Shown: one piece after another, positions 55,922 through 64,000 of the stretch
How the letters are laid out: each line of letters starts with the position of its first letter
Numbering within the stretch: position 1 is the stretch's first letter
Source: Eledone cirrhosa
Taxonomy: Eukaryota
Direction: 5' to 3'
NCBI GenBank assembly: GCA_964016885.1
Contig: OZ024742.1
Location: 341,930,001 to 341,994,000, forward strand
DNA length: 64,000 bases
The notes under the pieces: model-generated
Database searches by the model: none
What the model was told of the DNA's origin: nothing
Seen by the model: the letters and a program-made list of their open reading frames with translations, nothing else
Position numbers and translations under genes: made by a program

Positions 55922-56209
55922 TATCATAAAACATGTCTATAGAATCAATCAGATATTAAAATATATACTATTTCTTCCTCTAATCAGCATAATTAACCAT
56001 ATACATAATCAAATCCAGCAAGCTTTAAGAGTAAATTTTCTAACGGGGAAATCTCCGACAAATAATTGATCGCAGCTAGTTCGCGTTAACTCCGTTCCAT
56101 TATTTATCAAACACTTCGGCAGCATGCAGAATCCGATCAAATATATCGTCAACCGCACGTAATTAGTAGTAAAATTAAACTTAGAAGAAATGCGCACATA
56201 CCGTAATTA

Positions 56210-56290
56210 TATCTCTACCATGGTTTCTTCCTTGTTTAGGACATCCAAATAATATGGGCTTGCCCTGAGTCAGGTTATCATCAGGAGATA
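56210..56290 (-). ncRNA. Minimal type I hammerhead ribozyme motif (inverted copy)
   Basis: Reverse complement of 56770-56850. Confidence 0.75.
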
Positions 56291-56769
56291 AACTCAGAAA
56301 TAGACATTTAATTTCTCAGACCGACCCCGCCAAATTTAGATTCAAAAATGGCTAAGATCGCTATGTAGCTGTGTACCAGCCAGAGAGAAAGCGTGTGATT
56401 GGTCGCTTACGGCGGGTAGGCATGCTGCTAGAAAGCGCAGCCATATATCGCCAAATTTAATCTCAACCGATAGGGAGATTATTAAATATAGAGCTTAAAA
56501 GTGAACAGTTGCAACACATATATGTATCCTTGATTTAATTTTATTTTATTTTATTTATGTGATAACCTCTATATTTAATAATCTCCCTATCGGTTGAGAT
56601 TAAATTTGGCGATATATGGCTGCGCTTTCTAGCAGCATGCCTACCCGCCGTAAGCGACCAATCACACGCTTTCTCTCTGGCTGGTACACAGCTACATAGC
56701 GATCTTAGCCATTTTTGAATCTAAATTTGGCGGGGTCGGTCTGAGAAATTAAATGTCTATTGCTGAGTT

Positions 56770-56850
56770 TATCTCCTGATGATAACCTGACTCAGGGCAA
56801 GCCCATATTATTTGGATGTCCTAAACAAGGAAGAAACCATGGTAGAGATA
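56770..56850 (+). ncRNA. Minimal type I hammerhead ribozyme motif
   Basis: tatctc CTGATGA ...stem II (base imperfect)... GAAA ccatgg TA gagata. GUA cleavage triplet and palindromic accatggt stem III. Confidence 0.78.
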
Positions 56851-57417
56851 TAATTACGGTATGTGCGCATTTCTTCTAAGTTTAATTTTACTACTAATTA
56901 CGTGCGGTTGACGATATGTTTGATCGGATTCTGCATGCTGCCGAAGTGTTTGATAAATAATGGAACGGGGTTAACGCGAACTAGCTGCGATCAATTATTT
57001 GTCGGAGATTTCCCCGTTAGAAAATTTACTCTTAAAGCTTGCTGGATTTGATTATGTATATGGTTAATTATGCTGATTAGAGGAAGAAATAGTATATATT
57101 TTAATATCTGATTGATTCTATAGACATGTTTTATGATATAATGCTCTGATTTTTTTATTTTAACTTATTAATTCTTCATTGAGCTTAAAAGTGAACAGTT
57201 GCAACACATATATGTATCCTTGATTTAATTTAATTTAATTTTATGTATGTGATAACCTCTATATACATATATATATATATATATATATTATTAGGGTAAA
57301 CATTGATGCAATTCAATTCAAGCACTCAACGTATTTTTTGCACATAGGAGTGACGGAGTAAATATCGAATAAGGAAAAGCGAAGTAGTTTCAGATGTTCA
57401 AGTCCTTTAATAATAAT

Positions 57418-57491
57418 GCTGTGATATATATTTCAATGACGACACTGGCAACACTGTTCTGTGTGCGAGTGTCGTGTCATCATCAGACAGC
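57418..57491 (-). ncRNA. Minimal type I hammerhead ribozyme motif
   Basis: Reverse complement of 57928-58001. Confidence 0.8.
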
Positions 57492-57927
57492 TTGTTACAT
57501 AATAAGGTTGTTTCCGAGGCAATCCAAATTGAATCGACATGGGAACGGATGAAGTTCGTGCTTTTGGGTTTTTCATCCGTTCCCTTGTGAGTACCAATTC
57601 ACCCCCACCGGTCTGCGCAAGCGCATGTCCGGAGGAAGTTGACCATTAGCACCGCAGATTTCAACGAAATTCGCTGTCAGTGGCCCACCTATGCCCTGCC
57701 AAAGTTTAATGCTACCCATCACTACTGTGGCAGTCAGCCGAAAGCCAGAGGGGATGGGAGGGTGTTAGTTTTTATAGGTCATAATACTACCTTTCACTAA
57801 GCGTTGACAGTAAGACTGACCATCAACTCATAAGGGAAAATAAACTTAATTCTAGGTACTATGGTTTTACATTGTAAGTTAAGAGTGAGATTTGGATTGC
57901 CTCGGAAACAACCTTATTATGTAACAA

Positions 57928-58001
57928 GCTGTCTGATGATGACACGACACTCGCACACAGAACAGTGTTGCCAGTGTCGTCATTGAAATATATATCACAG
58001 C
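57928..58001 (+). ncRNA. Minimal type I hammerhead ribozyme motif
   Basis: gctgt CTGATGA tgacacgacact...agtgtcgtca tt GAAA tatata TC acagc. Stem I gctgt/acagc, stem II present, palindromic AT stem III, AUC triplet. Confidence 0.82.
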
Positions 58002-58135
58002 ATTATTATTAAAGGACTTGAACATCTGAAACTACTTCGCTTTTCCTTATTATATATATTTTCCGGTCAGCATGGCTTCATTAGAGATTTAAAGACGCTG
58101 GTCTGAGACAGATATATATATATATATAACGATAC

Positions 58136-58313
58136 AAATAATTGTTTCTACTTTTGGCTCAAGGCCAGCAATTATCCAGTGCATTACTGGTACTTTATTT
58201 TATCGACCCCGGGAGGATGAAAGGCAAAGTTAACCTCGGCGGGCTTTGAACTCAGATCATACAGGGAGGTAACTCTATGCTTCAAAGCATGGCGTCCGAC
58301 CCTCTAATGATAC
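58136..58313 (-). mobile_element. tRNA-derived SINE, slightly 5'-truncated
   Basis: Highly similar to 63042-63227. Confidence 0.9.
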
Positions 58314-58484
58314 AAATAATCTGATTATGTTTGGTGCAAGTAATTATGGACAAGTAGAGAAATAAAAAATGTCTTTTCCAACAAGAATTTCTATTTATTT
58401 TCTTCTATGACAGACTGAAGTGGCTCCAACAAAGTCAATAGTAATAATTAGTTAGATACATTGCGTCTCACTATTGTCTTACAC

Positions 58485-58521
58485 ACTCTTTTTCTTTCTC
58501 TCATTCTCTCTGCCTTTATCT

Positions 58522-58558
<37 letters not shown>

Positions 58559-58689
58559 TCTCGCTCTTTCTATGTATCTATTATCTGTCTATATATCTTT
58601 TTGTCTCTATTTTCCTCTCCCTCTCTCTTTCTCCTCTCATTCTATCTATGTACCTCTATCTTTCTCTATATATATATACATATCTATCC

Positions 58690-58787
<98 letters not shown>

Positions 58788-59250
58788 CTCTCTCTCCCTG
58801 TCTCTCCCTATCTCTCTATCTATCTATCTAGCTATCTCTCCCTACCTCTCCCTTTCTCTTACTAACCATATATCTCTCCCACACTCTCTCCATATCTCTC
58901 TCTCACTCACCCCACTCTCTCTCTCTCTACCTCTCCCTCCCTCTCTCTCTCTCTCTCCTTCTGTAATCTCCCATTGTGTTTATCAAGGTAACCAAAATGG
59001 TAAGCTGTCAAATTATTCTCTGCTATTGTTGTTATTGTTAGTGTTGCAGTTGTTTTCATTGTTGTTATTGTTGTATTTGTTGTAGTTATTGTAGTTGTTG
59101 TTGTAGTTGTCGTTGTTGTTATAGTTGTAGTAGTAGTTAAATAGAAAATATAGAGGGAGTTAAATAGAAAATATAGAGGGAGATAAATATATATACACAC
59201 ACACATACATACATACAAATACACATATATATATACACACATATATATAT
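58485..59250. repeat. Compound low-complexity tract: (CT)n, (AT)n, (GTT)n, (AC)n
   Basis: Direct inspection. Confidence 0.9.
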
Positions 59251-59251
59251 A

Positions 59252-59764
59252 TTAACAATTAAGGGTGCTGCGATCGAATGTGGCTTTTTAGCCCAGCCAA
59301 TGATCTAGAATGTCTTGCACAGAGTTGGCAACAAAAACATTCACTGAGAATAGCCGGCTGTGATTGGAGCTCATGTACCTTTGCATGTCGTTTGAGCCCT
59401 CATGTTGATCTACACTCACTTCCACATGCTTGACAGGTATGATGAGTAGCATCTCCAACAGCAGCCTGGTAGTCAACCACTGGTCTCACTTTATGACTGC
59501 GAAGATGACTCTCGAATCTACCTTTGCTGAGGCAGAGTCTTGCACAGACGCTGCATTGCAGCACCATAGGAGGACCTTCGCTGTCTGGAAATGCAACAGC
59601 AATGCCCTTCCTCACATCGCTTTTTACTCGTACGCGATTCGAGATGCTTCAAAAGCAACTTTCCCCTCATGTACAGTCTTTCTCCATTTATTACGATCAG
59701 CAGCTACGCTTTGCCATGTATCAGCAGAGATGTTAGCGTCTTTCAAGGAGGCTATCAACGAATC
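59252..59764 (-). mobile_element. 3' fragment of an RTE/BovB-like LINE with three C2H2-type zinc fingers
   Basis: Reads DSLIASLK...TWQSVAADRNKWRKTVHEG, then CSVC...ESHLRSH, CQAC...*GLKRHAKVH and CQLC...GLKSHIRSQH*. Contains in-frame stops. Confidence 0.8.
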
Positions 59765-59777
59765 ATACATACATACG

Positions 59778-61070
59778 CCTTTAGTTGAAACGTAAGCAGG
59801 GAGGCAGAGGCCTAACATCAGTCCAGACAGCATTTGAATGTCGCACCATATCCCCCCGACAACATCTACGAACCTCAAAGCGTAGGAGCCCGTCTCTCGA
59901 GCAAGTCTATCTGCATGAAACAGATAAGACCATGAGAGTTGGGAAGGAACTCCTCGAGAGATATTCCCTGTGAGATAATCAAAAACTCACACCCAGGGAA
60001 GTTGCTCAGCAGTATCGCAGTGAATCCATGGAATTAAAACTGCATGCTTATCAGCAAAAAATCATGCATGGATATGTTGCCAGGAAATTCCAGAGTGAGA
60101 GTAATATAGATAAGGAAAGTAGTCTATCTTGGACCAACAACCCCTATATTGGCTCCCACTTTGAAGGATACGCTTTTGCAATCCAAGAACAGGAAATCAA
60201 CACGAAATACCTGATTCACAAAACAGATAGGGATGCAGGCAAAACACCTAGATGTGATAACAAGTGCAGACTCTGCAGAATTAACTTGGAAGATGTCACC
60301 CATGTCCCCAGCAGCTGCCCAAAGATGTAATCGCGGTACTATCTACCTATGAGGCATGATGTAGTGGCCAAAACACTGTACGATGCAATCCGTAGAAAAG
60401 ATAGCCCCGATAATAAACACCTTAAAAGCTACAGCAATGTGGAAGACATACATATACATAATATGAAAGAGTACTGGTGGAATGTTCCAGTAAAAACCCC
60501 AATGAAATGCAGGCATAACAGACCAGATATTATGATATGGGACAGGGAAAAGAAGGCGTGCACAGTAGTGGAAGTTAGTTGTCCAGCAGATGCCAATATA
60601 ATATCAAAGATTCGCGAAAGGAGAATATCTATGCAGAACTGATGAGAAATCTGCAGATACTCCACCCTGATTACACCTTCAGATTTATGCCTGTGATTAT
60701 TGGAGCACTGGGATATGTTAGTAACTGCCTCAATACAAATCTTGAGAAGCTAGGCTTCACAGGAACAGAAAGAACACAACTAGTTAGGAAATTACAAATA
60801 CAATCCATTAATGGAACAGTAAAAATATGTAAAACATTCCAAACATTTTGCATCTAATAACTGCATATACACATGTACAGATGCAAAGGATATACACATG
60901 CACACATACAACTCAAAACATCCACATCCACACATACAATAACATCCATATCTACACATGCATGCAGACATGCATACATATCTACCTAGTTGATGTGTAA
61001 ATTCCAATGAGAGAGTCTTGTGTCTATGTTAGAAACCGACTCTCTCTCTATTGGCAAACATTTGTGAAAC
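59778..61070 (+). mobile_element. 5'-truncated RLE-type non-LTR retrotransposon (R4/Dong-like), decayed
   Basis: Motifs KRKQGGRGL, CRLC...HVPSSC knuckle, RHD, RPDIMIWD...VEVS and PVIIGALG are spread over frameshifted ORFs 59785-60857. A 3' UTR hairpin gagagagtc...gactctctc is present. (cata)n lies on both sides. Confidence 0.88.
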
Positions 61071-61106
61071 ATACATACATACAGACAGACAGACATACAT
61101 ACATAC

Positions 61107-61270
61107 AGCTCCCTAATTCATAGTCTACAAATGGCTGCGATAGCTGGCACCTTCAAAATTTGCAAAACATTCTTGCGATTCAAGGGATGACAATTTCTTT
61201 TCTTTTACAACCTTGCCACCAGGAAGTTGGCCGGTCAAATAAATATACTCGAAATTAAGAGAAAGAGATA
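61107..61270 (+). mobile_element. Extreme 3' fragment of a second, divergent R4/Dong-like family
   Basis: 61107-61190 translates SSLIHSLQMAAIAGTFKICKTFLRFKG*, aligning with the upstream element's end TQLVRKLQIQSINGTVKICKTFQTFCI*. Flanked by (cata)n. Confidence 0.75.
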
Positions 61271-61415
61271 TACATACATACATACATACATACATACATA
61301 CATACATACATACATGCATACATGCATACATACATACATACATACATACATACATACATACATACATACATACATACATACATACATACATACATACATA
61401 CATACATACATACAT
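61271..61415. repeat. (CATA)n microsatellite
   Basis: Direct inspection. Confidence 0.98.
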
Positions 61416-61602
61416 TAAAAAAACTAGTAAATTGAATATGAAAAACCTTTGGAAAAGCTGTTTTAAACGAAACCGGTGAAGTAGAAAAGTAAAAAAATTA
61501 TTTTTTTAAATGTAAAAATGTTCTTATTGTGAACGATACACCTGAGATGTATATAGAATAGAGAGATATTAGTTATCATTTTTCACACAAACACACACAC
61601 TC

Positions 61603-62759
<1,157 letters not shown>

Positions 62760-62772
62760 ATATATATATATA

Positions 62773-62867
62773 TAGGAAAATATTTGCCTATTACCCACTC
62801 TACTGCCCTAAGTATTGAGTACTCTGGTGCGTTATGGTCCATCTGGTTCCTTACCACACTTCCTTCG

Positions 62868-62868
<1 letters not shown>
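62773..62868 (+). mobile_element. Family B Penelope-like tail-only insert
   Basis: taggaaaa-tatttg-cctattacccactctac...ccttcgtt matches 55478-55560. Confidence 0.8.
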
Positions 62869-62922
<54 letters not shown>

Positions 62923-63041
62923 TTAGTTAAGCAAAACAAGACCACAAATTTCACAAGGAAGATATTATTAAAAGATTGTCAACATAGTTGTAGTTTAATG
63001 TAAGGAATGTAAAAAAGAATAATAATAATAATACTAATAAT

Positions 63042-63227
63042 TGTTTCTTCTTTTGGCACAAGGCCAGCACATATCCCAGTGTATTACTGGTACTTTATTT
63101 TATCGACCCCGTAAGGATGAAAGGCAAAGTTAACCTCGGCGGGATTTGAACTCAGATCATACAGGGAGGTAACTCTATGCTTCAAAGCATGGCGTCCGAC
63201 CCACTACCGATACTGCCAATCCACCGC
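63042..63227 (-). mobile_element. Full-length tRNA-derived SINE with 22-bp target-site duplication
   Basis: A/B-box-like motifs on the minus strand. taataataataatactaataat occurs at 63020-63041 and 63228-63249. Confidence 0.92.
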
Positions 63228-63536
63228 TAATAATAATAATACTAATAATGTCTGTTTACAATTGTTTCGCTACTCCATAATGTTTCTGGATCAAATGATT
63301 ATAGATCATTATTGATCTGGTTCAGTTGAAGATAATTTTCTTAGGTAAAATTGGAGCAGTTCATCGGAACTTCAAAAGGAATATAAATTAAGGTAAAAAA
63401 GATGGTTACAAGAATGTAATGTTCCATATATTGGTATTTCTCTATGGTGTCCTTGGTATATCTCTTGTCTGCCATGGGCGAGCAATATTCTTCTGTCGAG
63501 GCTGCATTATGTGAGATCTGCCTATATATATATATA

Positions 63537-63669
63537 TGACAAAGATGGTGTGGTAAGGAACCAAATGGACCATAACGCACCAGGGTACTCGATACTTAGG
63601 GTAGTAGTGTGGGTAATATGTGTTAGTTCGAAACGGCCGGAGCTCAGCCGTCGGGGTCCTGACTCTTTT

Positions 63670-63674
<5 letters not shown>
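63537..63674 (-). mobile_element. Family B Penelope-like insert (inverted hammerhead half plus tail)
   Basis: Minus strand reads taggaaaagagtcaggaccccgacggctgagctccggccgtttcg...attacccacactactaccctaag..., similar to 55355-55560. Confidence 0.8.
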
Positions 63675-63709
<35 letters not shown>

Positions 63710-63713
<4 letters not shown>

Positions 63714-64000
63714 AAAAAATATGACCCCGACGGCAGAGCTCAAGCCGTTTCGACGGCTATTTCTGGTGCACTCGGACAAAACTGGAAACCTCTACTTCGT
63801 CAACCCTGACAGATACCACACACTGATCAGGAGCAGCCTAAAGGCCACCTATAAAAAGGCTAACCATTCAATTATCGAGGACATAAATCGAGATGGACGC
63901 CGAATTACCTCCAGCCTCGGGGTCGCCGACCGCACTAGACCCACGGATTCCCTACTTCACACTGAAGGACCACAAATCCGACTTAGACCGCAAACCATCC
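63710..64000 (+). mobile_element. Family B Penelope-like element: inverted hammerhead half joined to RT-upstream coding sequence; runs off the right edge
   Basis: 63766 onward translates VHSDKTGNLYFVNPDRYHTLIRSSLKATYKK...IN...LGVADR. After a frameshift it reads PYFTLKDHKSDLDRKP. These resemble the DKT and KDHK motifs upstream of and at the start of Penelope-like RTs. Confidence 0.82.

Larger units (their letters stand above)
55921..57264 (+). mobile_element. Penelope-like pLTR remnant, family A: 573-bp inverted arms plus 690-bp-period direct repeat
   Basis: Arms 55921-56493 / 56567-57139, about 3 mismatches seen. 56491-56574 is repeated directly at 57181-57264. One hammerhead motif in each arm. 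(TA)n flanks. Confidence 0.85.
57290..58051 (-). mobile_element. Penelope-like pLTR remnant, family C, with 162-bp inverted segment
   Basis: Inverted repeat 57368-57529 / 57890-58051, each arm carrying a hammerhead. An unpaired ~78-bp tail lies on the left. (TA)n flanks. Confidence 0.8.

Noticed and set aside
56009-57051. Pair of near-identical 62-aa ORFs
   Set aside because: A consequence of the inverted duplication. There is no recognisable domain, and I could not trace the frame in the diverged copy at 54617-55337.
63250-63520. Possible coding fragment between the SINE and the family B insert
   Set aside because: No recognisable motif in the frames I read.

Overview
This is a repeat-saturated eukaryotic (animal) window with no supportable host protein-coding gene. 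The tRNA-type SINE and the microsatellite load resemble cephalopod genomes, but that is an inference from recall, not a search. Bases 1-36474 are a 71-bp tandem satellite (~514 monomers) with nested higher-order duplications of 6937, 5024, 3327, 1697 and 1274 bp. The remaining ~27 kb is micro- and minisatellite carrying inserted retroelements. These are a decayed RTE LINE inside a SINE, an L1/Tx1-type 3' fragment inside an 8-bp minisatellite, a 2-kb non-autonomous LTR element inside a 21-bp minisatellite, two tandem R4/Dong-like fragments in (CATA)n, and a dense cluster of Penelope-like remnants in (TA)n. Four observations stand out. (i) The Penelope-like inserts carry minimal hammerhead ribozyme motifs and share one architecture: an inverted 5' copy that lacks the 3' tail. 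One of them forms a 128-bp palindrome centred on an apparent hammerhead stem II. (ii) A 29-bp piece of the neighbouring satellite is spliced into the RTE reading frame. (iii) The LTR element's primer-binding site matches tRNA-Trp for ~32 nt, with a mismatch opposite A58. (iv) Two divergent RLE-type families sit in tandem in (CATA)n. Almost all ORFs in the supplied track are repeat artefacts.
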